43,444 nt of DNA. It comes from Limisphaerales bacterium. Its GTDB lineage: Bacteria > Verrucomicrobiota > Verrucomicrobiia > Limisphaerales > JAHDYP01. Under the pieces are notes generated by a model. The model had not been told where the DNA came from and did not search any database. It worked only from the letters and a program-made list of their open reading frames with translations. Location of the stretch: the NCBI GenBank assembly GCA_049451415.1, contig JBMTVN010000003.1, forward strand, positions 1 through 43,444. Direction: 5' to 3'. The translations under genes and the position numbers were made by a program. Of this stretch, positions 1 to 10,613 are shown one piece after another; position 1 is the first letter of the stretch, and each line of letters opens with the position of its first letter.

Positions 1-14
1 TCGGTACCGGCTAC

Positions 15-1187
15 GTGGACGCAGTCGGGAATGCGGGCACGGCGGGTTCGGACTATGAACTGCCGATGATTCTGCAGCCTTTGGCGCCGCACCGTGCGGA
101 TTTCCAGGTTTTGAGTCATCTGGCGCACGACAAGGCCCGGGCCAATGGTGACGGAGCGGGGGATCATGCCCGGGCGTCGGCGACGTTTTTGACTGGGTGT
201 CAGGCCAAGAAGACTGCGGGGGCGGACATTCGGGCGGGGATTTCGGCGGATCAGATTGCGGCGCAAAGGATTGGGCATTTGACGCGACTGCCCTCACTGG
301 AGCTGAGCTGTGATGGCAAGCGCATGGCGGGCAATTGTGATTCGGGGTACAGCTGTGCGTATCAGTTCAATATTTCGTGGCGTTCTGAGAGCGTACCGAT
401 GCCTCCCGAGCGGGATCCGCGCTTGGTTTTCGACCGGTTGTTTGCATCGGGAAATGCCGGGGAGACGGCTGAAGCCCGGGCCAAGCGTCAGCTGTTACAC
501 AAGAGCGTGCTGGATTCCGTATTGGCAGACGCGCGGGATTTGAAGGGTCGGCTGGGACGGACGGACAGGCGGAAGCTGGACGAGTATTTTGCGGCGGTGC
601 GTGATGTGGAGATGCGGATTGAACGCCAGTCGCAGGTGGTGGCGGTGCCGGAGGGGGTGGAAGCGCCGGGAGGGATTCCTGAGGATTTTGCTGGTCACAT
701 TCGGATCATGTTTGACCTGCTGGCTTTGGCCTTCCGGACGGATGCGACGCGGGTTTCGACCTTTCTGATGGCCCATGACGGAAGCAATCGTCCGTATCCT
801 TTTATTGAGGTTCCTGAGGGGCACCATGATTTGTCGCACCACGGAAATGACGAGGAAAAGAAGCGTAAGATAGCCAGGATCAACCACTTCCACATGGAGC
901 AGTTTGCGTATTTCCTGGGTCGTCTGAAGGAGGTTCAGGAGGGTGAAGGAACCTTGCTGGACAACTGCATGATCGTCTATGGGGGAGCGATTGGGGATGG
1001 GAACCGTCACAACCATGACAATCTTCCTGTGTTACTGGCTGGCAGGGGTGGCGGGACATTGAATCCCGGGGTGCACCGGGATTTGCCGCGGACGCCGATG
1101 ACCAACCTGTATTTGGGTTTATTGGACCGGATGGGTGTAGCGGCGGAGCGGATTGGGGACAGCACGGGCCAATTGGATATCGTTTAG
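15..1187 (+). CDS. DUF1552 (HXXSHH-motif) family protein; 5' end probably lies outside the window
   Basis: GHHDLSHH motif, CDSGYSCAY..NISW, TLLDN..IVYGG, NRHNHDNLP typical of PVC DUF1552 proteins; frame is open to the window edge. Confidence 0.85.
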   Translation: MDAVGNAGTAGSDYELPMILQPLAPHRADFQVLSHLAHDKARANGDGAGDHARASATFLTGCQAKKTAGADIRAGISADQIAAQRIGHLTRLPSLELSCDGKRMAGNCDSGYSCAYQFNISWRSESVPMPPERDPRLVFDRLFASGNAGETAEARAKRQLLHKSVLDSVLADARDLKGRLGRTDRRKLDEYFAAVRDVEMRIERQSQVVAVPEGVEAPGGIPEDFAGHIRIMFDLLALAFRTDATRVSTFLMAHDGSNRPYPFIEVPEGHHDLSHHGNDEEKKRKIARINHFHMEQFAYFLGRLKEVQEGEGTLLDNCMIVYGGAIGDGNRHNHDNLPVLLAGRGGGTLNPGVHRDLPRTPMTNLYLGLLDRMGVAAERIGDSTGQLDIV

Positions 1188-1314
1188 TGGTTGGGGGAGG
1201 TGGTTTTCAGGACCGGGGTGGCCGGTCCGGTTTGGGTGGGGGGGGGAGGCTTGGCTCGCGGGGGTGGTCACTGCAAGGAGACTGGATACAGTCATGGGCT
1301 ATCAAAGTTGGGGG

Positions 1315-1343
1315 TTGAACGTTCTGGGACCCTACTTTACGTT
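1315..1343 (+). promoter_or_regulatory. Putative sigma70-type promoter of clpPX (TTGAAC-N17-TACGTT)
   Basis: Hexamers with 17-bp spacing about 60 bp upstream of the clpP ATG. Confidence 0.4.
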
Positions 1344-1400
1344 GCGGCGTCCGGTCAGGGGACCGGTTTTGGATCGCAACTTTTTCCGGATTGGCACGAT

Positions 1401-2030
1401 ATGAACAATTTTTTGGTACCGATGGTGGTGGAGCAGACGGGTCGTGGCGAACGCGGGTATGACATTTACTCGCGGCTGTTGATCGACCGGATCATTTTTT
1501 TGGGGACGCCGGTGGACGATGCGGTATCGAACGTGATTATTGCGCAGTTGTTGTTTTTGCAGATGACTGATCCCAAGAAGGACATTCATTTGTATATCAA
1601 CTCTCCTGGGGGGAGCGTGACGGCTGGTTTGGCGATTTACGACACGATGCAGTTCATGACCTGCCCGGTGAACACCTACTGCATTGGCCAGGCGGCGAGC
1701 ATGGGTGCGGTTTTGTTGTCGGCGGGCACGAATGGCAAGCGGTTTGCCCTGCCGAATGCGCGGATCATGATTCATCAGCCTTGGGGTGGGGTTCAGGGTC
1801 AGGCTTCGGACATCAGCATTCAGGCGAAGGAGATCCTGCGCTTGAAGGACCGCTTGAACGAGATCTTGGCCAACCACTGCGGGCGAGGCATTGAGGACAT
1901 CGCGCGGGACACGGACCGAGACCGTTTTATGTCGGCGGAGGAAGCGAAGGAATATGGTTTGGTGGACGAGGTGGTGACGTCGCGCAAGGAGCTTGCTGAC
2001 GGGGACGAAAAAAAGGGTGAGAAGGCCTAG
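1401..2030 (+). CDS. clpP: ATP-dependent Clp protease proteolytic subunit
   Basis: [36 protein letters not shown] (catalytic Ser), IMIHQP; start moved to ATG 1401 from the ORF-track start 1191. Confidence 0.97.
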   Translation: MNNFLVPMVVEQTGRGERGYDIYSRLLIDRIIFLGTPVDDAVSNVIIAQLLFLQMTDPKKDIHLYINSPGGSVTAGLAIYDTMQFMTCPVNTYCIGQAASMGAVLLSAGTNGKRFALPNARIMIHQPWGGVQGQASDISIQAKEILRLKDRLNEILANHCGRGIEDIARDTDRDRFMSAEEAKEYGLVDEVVTSRKELADGDEKKGEKA

Positions 2031-2076
2031 GTTGGAGTGGGCGGGGCCGGGCTAAGTTGGACAGCATGGACTAGAT

Positions 2077-3360
2077 ATGGCGCGCAACAACCAGATGACC
2101 CTTTGCAGTTTCTGCGGCAAGTCGCATGCAGAGGTGCGCAAGTTGATTCAGGGGCCGGGAGTATATATTTGCGACGGCTGCGTATTGGTTTGCAAGAGCG
2201 TCCTGGACAAGGAGCTCAAGACTGAGGGCAAGAAGCGGCTGGCGAAGCTGAAAGTCCCCCGCCCTTCCGAGATCAAGGAGCATTTGGATCGTTTTTGCAT
2301 CGGGCAGGACCACGCCAAGAAGACGTTGTCTGTGGCGGTGCACAACCACTACAAGCGGCTCCAGTTGCAGCCGGAGAAGCCGGAGGAAGGCGAGACCAAG
2401 GGGGAGAGTGCGGATGAGGCCGAGATTGAGATTGAGAAGGCGAACATTCTGCTGATTGGGCCGACGGGTTCGGGCAAGACCTTGTTGGCCCGGACGCTGG
2501 CGAAGGTTTTGGATGTGCCGTTTGCGATTGCCGACGCGACGACCCTCACCGAGGCGGGCTATGTAGGGGAGGACGTGGAGAACATTGTTTTACGTCTACT
2601 GCAGAACGCCGACTACGACGTGAAACGGGCGCAGACGGGGATTATCTACATTGACGAGATCGACAAGATTTCGCGTCGGACCGAGAACGTTTCGATTACT
2701 CGCGACGTATCGGGCGAAGGGGTGCAACAGGCGCTCTTAAAGATTCTGGAGGGGACGATTTGCAATGTTCCTCCGCAAGGCGGGAGGAAGCATCCGCAGC
2801 AGGAGTATGTCCGGGTGGACACGAGCAACATCCTGTTTATTTGCGGTGGGGCCTTTGTGGGGCTGGACAAGATTGTGCAGCGTCGGCTGGGGCATCGCGT
2901 GGTGGGCTTCAACACACCCGGGCAGAAGCAGCGTGATGCGGAGCGTCAGGAGCTCTTGCAGTTGGCCGAGCCGGAGGATCTGTTGTCGTTCGGATTTATT
3001 CCTGAGTTTATTGGCCGGCTACCGATGGTGACCGTGCTGGATGAACTGACGGTGGACCAGTTGGTATCGGTTTTGACGCAGACGAAGAACGCGTTGACGA
3101 AGCAGTATACGAAGCTGTTGTCGATGGAGGGGGTGGAGTTGGAGTTTGGGGACGACGCATTGAGGGCTTTGGCGGAGAAAGCCTTGAAGAAGGGTACTGG
3201 AGCCAGGGCGCTGCGGAGTTTACTGGAGCGGATGATGTTGGAGGTGATGTATGAGGTGCCAGGGAGCAAGGACATCAGCGCTGTGACCGTGACTCGTCAG
3301 ACCGTGGAGGATGGAGTATCGCCATTGATCCGGCGCAAGCCGGGGCAGAAGGCGGCCTAG
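2077..3360 (+). CDS. clpX: ATP-dependent Clp protease ATP-binding subunit ClpX
   Basis: C4 zinc finger CSFCGK..ICDGC, Walker [34 protein letters not shown]; follows clpP. Confidence 0.97.
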   Translation: MARNNQMTLCSFCGKSHAEVRKLIQGPGVYICDGCVLVCKSVLDKELKTEGKKRLAKLKVPRPSEIKEHLDRFCIGQDHAKKTLSVAVHNHYKRLQLQPEKPEEGETKGESADEAEIEIEKANILLIGPTGSGKTLLARTLAKVLDVPFAIADATTLTEAGYVGEDVENIVLRLLQNADYDVKRAQTGIIYIDEIDKISRRTENVSITRDVSGEGVQQALLKILEGTICNVPPQGGRKHPQQEYVRVDTSNILFICGGAFVGLDKIVQRRLGHRVVGFNTPGQKQRDAERQELLQLAEPEDLLSFGFIPEFIGRLPMVTVLDELTVDQLVSVLTQTKNALTKQYTKLLSMEGVELEFGDDALRALAEKALKKGTGARALRSLLERMMLEVMYEVPGSKDISAVTVTRQTVEDGVSPLIRRKPGQKAA

Positions 3361-3483
3361 TGGCTGGTCTGGGGTATTGGGCGGGCGCCCTGGCTGGAGC
3401 GGTTGGGGTGCGCCTGCGGGATTCCTCGGGTGCAGGTTTTTTTCCTTTCCGGAGCTGGGCTTTTCCACTTGGTTATTCGCGCG

Positions 3484-4674
3484 ATGTCGAAAGCATTTGA
3501 AGCGGGACGGGTGATAGCGGAGCACGTGCGGCGCATACCGCGCAGTGGGATCCGGGAATTTTTCGACATTGTGCAGTCGATGCCGGAGGTGATTTCGCTG
3601 GGTGTGGGTGAGCCGGATTTTGTGACGCCGTGGCATATCCGGGAGGCTGCGATCTACGCGTTGGAGCGGGGGAAGACCACGTACACTTCGAACCTGGGTT
3701 CGCCGCGTTTACGCGAAGCGATCAGCCGTTATGTGACTGGGAAGTTCGGGGTGCGGTATGACCCGAAGACGCAGGTATTGGTGGCGGTGGGGGTGAGCGA
3801 GGCCCTGGACATTGCCTTGCGGGCGGTGATTGATCCCGGGGATGAGATTCTCTACCACGAACCGTGTTATGTGAGTTATGCGCCGAGCATTGCCCTGGCG
3901 CATGGGAAGCCGGTGGCGATCGGGTGCCAGGCCAAGGACGGGTTTGCCCTGACGGCGGAGGCGATTGAGCGTGCGGTGACTCCGCGGAGCAAGGCGCTGG
4001 TGTTGAATTTCCCGACGAATCCGACGGGGGGCACCATGAGCCGTGAGGAGCTGGAGCGGGTGGCAGAGGTAGTCCTGAAGCACAACCTGCTGGTTATTAC
4101 GGACGAGATTTACTCTGAGTTGACCTTTGAGGGCGGGCACGTGAGCTTGGTTTCCTTACCGGGGATGGCGGAGAGGACGATTTTCCTGCATGGGTTTTCG
4201 AAGGCCTATGCGATGACTGGTTTTCGAATTGGGTATGCTTGCGGGCCGACGGAGCTGGTGGAGGCAATGATGCGCATTCACCAGTATTCGATGTTGTGTG
4301 CGAGCATCATCAGTCAGGAAGCGGCGATTGAGGCCCTGGAGAATGGCGAACCGGATACCGTGGCGATGCGGGACCAATATACGTTGCGTCGCAACGTGAT
4401 TGTAGGTGGGTTCAATTCCATGGGTTTGAAATGCCATCTGCCACGGGGATCCTTTTATGCTTTTCCGTGCATTGAATCGACCGGCTTGAGCAGCCGCGAG
4501 TTTGCTGTGCGGTTGTTGAAGGAAGAGCAGGTTGCCTGTGTTCCCGGAGATGCCTTCGGACCGAGTGGCGCGGGTTATTTGCGCTGCTGCTTTGCCACGG
4601 CACTGGATTTGATTGAGGAGGCTTTGGAGCGGATGGACCGTTTTGTGGGGCGTCTGAAATCGGCGGGCGGTTAA
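3484..4674 (+). CDS. PLP-dependent aminotransferase class I/II
   Basis: SLGVGEPDF, NFPTNPTG, DEIY, GFSKAYAMTGFRIGY (PLP lysine); ATG 3484 preferred. Confidence 0.92.
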   Translation: MSKAFEAGRVIAEHVRRIPRSGIREFFDIVQSMPEVISLGVGEPDFVTPWHIREAAIYALERGKTTYTSNLGSPRLREAISRYVTGKFGVRYDPKTQVLVAVGVSEALDIALRAVIDPGDEILYHEPCYVSYAPSIALAHGKPVAIGCQAKDGFALTAEAIERAVTPRSKALVLNFPTNPTGGTMSREELERVAEVVLKHNLLVITDEIYSELTFEGGHVSLVSLPGMAERTIFLHGFSKAYAMTGFRIGYACGPTELVEAMMRIHQYSMLCASIISQEAAIEALENGEPDTVAMRDQYTLRRNVIVGGFNSMGLKCHLPRGSFYAFPCIESTGLSSREFAVRLLKEEQVACVPGDAFGPSGAGYLRCCFATALDLIEEALERMDRFVGRLKSAGG

Positions 4675-4790
4675 GGTCCCGTCCAGGGGATTGGCATTTC
4701 CGACAGTATTGCCCGGACGCGGGGCGGCGGAGAAGGTGGCGACCCGGGGCCTGCCCCAGGGTGCATCCTTGAGCACTCCGGTTCCGTGAT

Positions 4791-5297
4791 CTACCAGCGA
4801 TAGCGGGAGTTATCGCCCTGGCGGGTGATACGGAAGAGGTAGACCGTGATGCCGCCGAGGGCGGCGAGGTTGGCGATCCAGGAGATTCCATGCCAGAGGC
4901 CAAACGACTTGCGGGAGGCGGCCTTGATTTCGTCGGTAGTCTCCGGGGAATACATTTGGAGGTGGAGTTGCTTTAGTTTGGGCTGAATTCCATATCCACC
5001 GACGAGAGCGAGGACGAAGATGGCGGCGACGAGCGAGAGGGACCAGCGGAAGATGGGGCGGCTGAGGTAGAGTGATTCTGCGACGAGGTGGGCGAAGGCT
5101 ACGAGGCCGCAGACGATCTGGAGGGTGAAGTAACGTTCGAGGACGATCTGGGCGGCTGCACCGGCATAGGGTTTGGTGAGCAATTCAACCATGGGTTCGG
5201 AGAAGAAGGCGGGACCGACGAAGAACGTGAGGAAGATCGAGCCACCGAACCAGAGGGCTGCGTTGAGGATGCCTATGATGCGGAGAAAACCAATCAC
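4791..5297 (-). CDS. Four-TM membrane protein, DUF4149/TMEM205-like
   Basis: Four hydrophobic segments, W.GG..F..F.V.P N-terminus and F..WHG.S near the C-terminus; overlaps the stop of the upstream yihY-like gene. Confidence 0.75.
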   Translation of the reverse strand: MIGFLRIIGILNAALWFGGSIFLTFFVGPAFFSEPMVELLTKPYAGAAAQIVLERYFTLQIVCGLVAFAHLVAESLYLSRPIFRWSLSLVAAIFVLALVGGYGIQPKLKQLHLQMYSPETTDEIKAASRKSFGLWHGISWIANLAALGGITVYLFRITRQGDNSRYRW

Positions 5298-6877
5298 GCG
5301 GGGGAGGCTAGGGAGGAAACGCTGAACCGGGGGGGTCTGGGGTCTGGGGGGGGGGGGTGGGAGTCATCTGCGGGTGACTTCTGGTCCATGTCCAATTCCA
5401 CGAGCATGAGGAGCGTCTGTTTTTGGGCGACGGGACGGCTGGCGGAGGAGATCGATTCGTAGGCATGGGACAAGGGGCCGCCATTGGATTCATCCGGGGC
5501 GACCTTGGTTCCCCTGCCCTGTTCGGGGCTATTACGCAGGACTTCGAGAATATCGTCACAGGAGATTTGGTTGATGGGCCGGGCGGGGAGGTAGCCTGGG
5601 ACGGTGGTGCTGGCCTCGGTGATGAGCCGGGTTTCCTTGAGGAGCCGTAGCAGGCGGGCGAGCAACTGGGAGGAGACGCGGAGGTTATCGGCGAGTTCCG
5701 TGACTGTGGGGGCTGTATCGCCCTTATGGAAGCGGCGGGCGATCTCGGTCATCATGCGCAGGGCGGTGAGTTCACGTCCGCGCTGGCTGATAATTTCAGC
5801 CTGTTTTTCCTGGAGATAAGTACGGCGGTTCTGGAAGGCGTAGCTCACCTGGGCACCGAAGAGGAGGATGAGCCAAGACAGGTAGAGTCCCAGGAGGAAG
5901 ACTGGCAGGACGGCAGCGCTCCCGTAGACTGTGCTGTAGGAGACGACCTTTGAAGCGAAGACGGCGGTGTATTGGCCGTTAAGCCACCAGAGCAGGCCGG
6001 AGACGAGGCCGCCGACGGCGGCGGCTTTCCAGTGGACGGCGGTGGCGGGCATCAGTTGGTAGAGGAGGGCGAAGGCGACACTGACCAGGACGAGGGGAAG
6101 GAGGCGAGCGATGACTTCCGTGAGGAAGGGACGGATGGTGGAGAGGCCGACCGTGCCGAAGATCTTGTCCTGGAAGGTCTCGAACTGGGTCCCGACGGCG
6201 AATGTTGTGGCAAAAAGGATGATGGTGGGGCCGAGGGTAATGGCTGCCCAGTATTGGATAATGCGGGCGAACCAGCTACGTCCGCGGGTCACGCCCCAGA
6301 TATCATTGAACGTGGCTTCGATGGTGCTGAGGAGGCCAATGGCGACGAGGACAAGAGTCAGCGTGCTGATGGCGCTGAGCCCGGCGGCGTTACTGTTCCG
6401 GATGAAGCCCATGATGGTTTCGATGACTTCATGCCGGGCGCTGGGCTGGGGTGTGGCTGGATTTTCCGTTTCCTGTGCGGTGATTTCGGTCGTGGCCGCC
6501 TGTTCCTCACTGGTTCCGGCTTTTTCCGGAGCGGGAGAGGCGGAGGGCATTTCCCGGAGTTGGGGAACCAGGTTATCGATGACCCTTTCCACCATATCCC
6601 GGGTATTGTCCTGGTTGGTCTTGAGCATGCTGGTGGTGACGCCGAGGCCGACGACCAGGAGGGGGACGAGTGAAAGGAGGGTGGTGTAGGCCAGGGCCGT
6701 GGCTCGGATCATGCAGCGGTTTTTGAGGAAGCTGCGGACGACGAGGATCCAGAAGTGGATGAAACGCTTTAAGGGGTGCAATCGGTCCTGGTCCTGGGAG
6801 GCGACTCGGTAGTCATCGAGCAGGCCGAGGATTTCGATTTTGAGTCGTTTGAGGGTTTTCCACCAGGTACGGGCCAC
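5294..6877 (-). CDS. YihY/virulence factor BrkB family membrane protein with C-terminal Rrf2-like winged helix
   Basis: A.ALAYTTLLSLVPLL, IE.TFNDIW, VYGS.A.LP.FLL.LYLSW.I.LFGA; C-terminal ELADNL...GYLPARP..QIS..DIL. Confidence 0.85.
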   Translation of the reverse strand: MARTWWKTLKRLKIEILGLLDDYRVASQDQDRLHPLKRFIHFWILVVRSFLKNRCMIRATALAYTTLLSLVPLLVVGLGVTTSMLKTNQDNTRDMVERVIDNLVPQLREMPSASPAPEKAGTSEEQAATTEITAQETENPATPQPSARHEVIETIMGFIRNSNAAGLSAISTLTLVLVAIGLLSTIEATFNDIWGVTRGRSWFARIIQYWAAITLGPTIILFATTFAVGTQFETFQDKIFGTVGLSTIRPFLTEVIARLLPLVLVSVAFALLYQLMPATAVHWKAAAVGGLVSGLLWWLNGQYTAVFASKVVSYSTVYGSAAVLPVFLLGLYLSWLILLFGAQVSYAFQNRRTYLQEKQAEIISQRGRELTALRMMTEIARRFHKGDTAPTVTELADNLRVSSQLLARLLRLLKETRLITEASTTVPGYLPARPINQISCDDILEVLRNSPEQGRGTKVAPDESNGGPLSHAYESISSASRPVAQKQTLLMLVELDMDQKSPADDSHPPPPDPRPPRFSVSSLASPA

Positions 6878-6976
6878 GTGGGGAGAGTAGACGTGGTGAG
6901 TGCGCAGGGAAAAGGTGAAAAGCGGTGGGCCAACTTTCCACTTCTAGCCGGGGTTGGGCTGGCTTAGTTTCACGTC

Positions 6977-9670
6977 GTGAGTCGTCGAAACAGTTCCAGC
7001 GTTCCTGCTGCCCGGGGTTTGGGTGATGTGGTTGGCATCCTGCTTTTGAGCGGGTCGTTGTTATTAATTGCCGCCCTGTTCACCTTTGATTCGGCGGATG
7101 TCCCGCATTTGGCGACGGACGTGAATCCGGTGGCGCACAACTGGATTGGTCGGGCGGGGGCTTTGGCGGCATCGGGCTTGTTCTTCCTGATGGGTGGTGC
7201 GGCGTTTGTGCTGCCGATCCTGTTGTTCATGTTTGGCCTGAGCTATTTGTTTCAGCTGATGGCGTATTTTCATCGGCGCTGGTTATGGTCGCTGGTGTTG
7301 ATTCTGGTGTGTATGGGGATGTTGGACTTGTATGGGGACCGGGCGTTTCTGGCTCAGCTGCACGCGAACATCCGAAATCCGGCCGGCGGTTCTATTGGGG
7401 TGGTGATGAACCAGTATTTCTTCGGGTTTTTCGGGGTGATCGGGGGGACGATCATTTACGGGACGCTGTATCTGATTTCGCTTTTATACCTGACGAACTT
7501 TGAGTTGGGGGCGTGGTTACGCCTGTGTTGGCTACGGTGGCGTGAGTCCCGTCGGGAGGTGAGTTTCAGTGAGGAAGATTTGGAGCGCCGGGCGAAGGAG
7601 TTGAAGCGGCAGGCACGCAAGCTGGAGCGGCAACTCGAGAAGGAGCGGGTCAAGACGGGTGAGGGTGAGGACGGGGAGATTGTGGAGGAGCCTGAGGCGG
7701 AGGTTGAGACTGAGGTTGAACCGGAGCCGGAGCCGGAGCCGAACATTCAGATTCGAGACCTGAGCATGCCGCCTCCGCGGCCATTGCAGGAAGAGGCGCA
7801 GGAGGAATCTGAGGACGAGCAGGAAGAAGAGGTTGTGGTTGCGGGTTCGTTTGAGGAACCCACTGCAGAGGAGGAAGATGATCGGGTGGTGGGGTCGGCC
7901 TCGGCAGCGGACATCTTGGGCCTGGAAAAGGGTGATGAAGCGGAGGAAAAGGCGGGGGACGACGTTTCAGAAGGCGGGGTTGGGAGTTCGGATGAATCGG
8001 AGGATCAGGTTCCGGCTTTTCCGGCACCGAAAGTGCGCCTGGGGCAGGCCCCGCGGAAGCGACCCATTACCGTGGCTTCCACACCGATCATTGGGGACTA
8101 CCAGTTACCTTCGCTGAATTTGTTGAATCTACCGGACACGAACATTCAGCCGACCGACACCAAGGAGGCGTTGCTGGCCAATGCGAAGCTGATGCAGAGC
8201 ACTCTGGCGCAGTTCGGGATTGAGGTACAGCTCGGGGACATCACCAAGGGTCCGACCATTACGCGTTACGAGTTGCATCCGGCTCCGGGGGTGAAGCTGG
8301 AGCGCATCTCGGGCCTGAGCAATAACATCGCGGCGGCCTTGAAGGCGGAGCGGATCAACATTCTGGCGCCGGTGCCGGGCAAGAGTTCCGTGGGGGTGGA
8401 GGTGCCCAACGCGGTGAAGACCAAGGTCATCATGCGGGACCTGCTGGAGGCACCGGAATGGACGAAGACCAAGGCCAGGGTGCCTTTGGCTTTGGGCAAG
8501 GATGTCTACGGTCATCCCATCATTGCGGATTTGGCTGACATGCCGCACATGCTGATTGCCGGGAGCACGGGGTCCGGCAAGTCCGTCTGTATCAACTCGG
8601 TGATTGCGTCGTTGTTGTTCCGCTTTCCTCCGGACCAGCTGCGCTTTGTGATGATTGATCCCAAAGTGGTGGAGTTGCAGCAGTATAACAGCCTGCCCCA
8701 TCTGGTGGTGCCGGTGGTGACGGATCCCAAGAAAGTCATTCTGGCGCTGCGTTGGGTGGTCAGCGAGATGGAGAAGCGCTACCAGATCTTTGCGAAGGTG
8801 GGGGTGCGCAACATCAAATCGTTCAACGACCGGCCCAAGCACAAGCCCGTTGAGGATCAGCAACAGGAACTGCCGTTGCGGGCGAAGCGGGAAAACATCG
8901 AGGCGGGAGCAGATGGCTTTGCGGTGGAGGTAGACGAGGAGATCGTGGTTCCTCGTGAGGATGACATCGTGATTCCGGACCGGCTCAGCTACATCGTGGT
9001 CATTATTGATGAGTTGGCGGACTTGATGTTGGTGGCGCCTGCTGACGTGGAGATGGCGATTGCGCGCATTACGCAGATGGCGCGTGCGGCTGGCATTCAT
9101 GTGATTGTGGCCACGCAGCGTCCGAGCGTGGACGTGATCACGGGTGTTATTAAGGCGAACATTCCTGCACGGATTGCATTTCAGGTGGCATCGAAAGTGG
9201 ATTCACGGACGATCTTGGATGCGATGGGTGCGGACAAGCTGTTGGGCAAGGGTGACATGCTGTATTTGCCGCCGGGATCGGCGAAGCTGATCCGGGTGCA
9301 GGGCGCCTTGATTACGGACCAGGAGATCAACGACCTGGTGGAGTTTATTGGCAAGCAGGGCAAACCCAGCTACGAGACGGACATTCACCGGCAGCTTTCG
9401 AAGCCGGTATCGAGCTTTGAGTCGGATGGTGGTTCCTCGGAGGATGAGGACTTGATCGAGCAGTGTGTTGAGGTGATTCGAACTGAGCAAAAGGCGAGCG
9501 TATCGCTGCTGCAACGGAGGCTGCGTCTGGGTTACACGCGTGCCGCGCGGATCATGGATGAACTGGAGGACCGGGGTATTGTGGGGCCGAGCAAGGGCGC
9601 TGAGCCGAGGGACATTTTGATCGATCTGGACGGGGAAGGGAACGACGGAGGGGGGCACCACTACGTCTAG
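6977..9670 (+). CDS. ftsK: DNA translocase FtsK/SpoIIIE
   Basis: N-terminal TM domain (NWIGRAG), acidic linker, PHMLIAGSTGSGKSV, IDELADLM, ATQRPSVDVITG, gamma domain SLLQRRLRLGYTRAARIMD. Confidence 0.96.
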   Translation: MSRRNSSSVPAARGLGDVVGILLLSGSLLLIAALFTFDSADVPHLATDVNPVAHNWIGRAGALAASGLFFLMGGAAFVLPILLFMFGLSYLFQLMAYFHRRWLWSLVLILVCMGMLDLYGDRAFLAQLHANIRNPAGGSIGVVMNQYFFGFFGVIGGTIIYGTLYLISLLYLTNFELGAWLRLCWLRWRESRREVSFSEEDLERRAKELKRQARKLERQLEKERVKTGEGEDGEIVEEPEAEVETEVEPEPEPEPNIQIRDLSMPPPRPLQEEAQEESEDEQEEEVVVAGSFEEPTAEEEDDRVVGSASAADILGLEKGDEAEEKAGDDVSEGGVGSSDESEDQVPAFPAPKVRLGQAPRKRPITVASTPIIGDYQLPSLNLLNLPDTNIQPTDTKEALLANAKLMQSTLAQFGIEVQLGDITKGPTITRYELHPAPGVKLERISGLSNNIAAALKAERINILAPVPGKSSVGVEVPNAVKTKVIMRDLLEAPEWTKTKARVPLALGKDVYGHPIIADLADMPHMLIAGSTGSGKSVCINSVIASLLFRFPPDQLRFVMIDPKVVELQQYNSLPHLVVPVVTDPKKVILALRWVVSEMEKRYQIFAKVGVRNIKSFNDRPKHKPVEDQQQELPLRAKRENIEAGADGFAVEVDEEIVVPREDDIVIPDRLSYIVVIIDELADLMLVAPADVEMAIARITQMARAAGIHVIVATQRPSVDVITGVIKANIPARIAFQVASKVDSRTILDAMGADKLLGKGDMLYLPPGSAKLIRVQGALITDQEINDLVEFIGKQGKPSYETDIHRQLSKPVSSFESDGGSSEDEDLIEQCVEVIRTEQKASVSLLQRRLRLGYTRAARIMDELEDRGIVGPSKGAEPRDILIDLDGEGNDGGGHHYV

Positions 9671-9819
9671 CTCCGGCCTGGTGCGCGGGAGTTGTAGGGA
9701 GAGGAGAGCGTAGATGCCGGACAGTCCACACCGGTGGTGTTGCGACGATCTCGTTATTGGCCGCGTAGAAAGAGCTCAAGCTCCAGGCGGCGCGCTGAGG
9801 GGGCCCTGTTCCGGGCCTG

Positions 9820-10473
9820 CTACCGCCTTTCGCGACGGAGTTCTTCCAGTTGTCGACGGAGGTCCTCGAGTTGACCTCGAAGTTCGTGGATTTGTTCCTG
9901 CATTCGGCCCATTTCCTGGCCGACGCGGGCCATGGGACGTTCCATGTTTATTTGGTTTTCGAGGTGTTCGCGACGTCGGTTGGCTTCCTGCTGGAGTCGT
10001 TCGGCCACCTCATGAATACCGGCTGCATGGAGGTGGTCGATTGCGCTTTGGAGGTGGTGCAGTTGTTGTTCGAATGCTTCAGGGCCATGGGGTTGCCGTG
10101 GCTCCTGGCCACGACTTTGACGGCGATCGATTTCGCGTTCGACTTCAGCGGCGGCATCCAGTTTACCGTTGGCGCGGAGTTCCCGGAGTTTGCGATGGAG
10201 CTGGCGTAGTTCCTGTACCTCGGGGTTGGGCTGTTTCTGACCCCGGGAAGCGATCTCCTTGATTTCCTGGAGTTCGGCTTGGAGTCGGCGCGCGGCTTCC
10301 TCCTGTCCATTGGCTCGCATTTCCTGCATTTCCTGCTGGATGCGACGTGCGCGCATACGGAGTTCCTGAGGTGGAATGCTTTCCTGTGCGAGCAGCGAGA
10401 AAGGCGAGAGGGCGAGGGCCAGCAGAAGCGAACAGGCCAGGTGCTGATGGAAGGAGGGAAGTTTTGAATTCAT
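9820..10473 (-). CDS. Secreted helical/coiled-coil repeat protein of unknown function
   Basis: Signal-peptide-like N-terminus (LLLALALSPFSLLA-QE), Q/E/R-rich helices, three internal repeats. Confidence 0.7.
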   Translation of the reverse strand: MNSKLPSFHQHLACSLLLALALSPFSLLAQESIPPQELRMRARRIQQEMQEMRANGQEEAARRLQAELQEIKEIASRGQKQPNPEVQELRQLHRKLRELRANGKLDAAAEVEREIDRRQSRGQEPRQPHGPEAFEQQLHHLQSAIDHLHAAGIHEVAERLQQEANRRREHLENQINMERPMARVGQEMGRMQEQIHELRGQLEDLRRQLEELRRERR

Positions 10474-10613
10474 TATAGGGGTCCTTGTCTTGTTTGAGGG
10501 TTATGTGGGTTACATACGCCCCGTTCTTGCTTGGCGCAACCTTGTAAGAGTGCATGATTCTCCGAAGAGGACTCAGCCTGCGTTGCCTGGTTCGGTCCCA
10601 AATCACTACAGCT

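Noticed and set aside
1191-1400. N-terminal extensions in the ORF track for clpP (likewise radC, thyA, murJ, mnmG, STAS)
   Set aside because: Low-complexity upstream in-frame sequence; family homology and RBS begin at downstream ATGs
6966-6981. parS-like half site GTTTCACGT (also TGTTGCACGTG near 16557)
   Set aside because: Only one arm matches and it is not palindromic
7700-7745. GAGCCG/GAGGTT short tandem repeats in ftsK
   Set aside because: They encode the Glu-Pro linker typical of FtsK and are not an independent element
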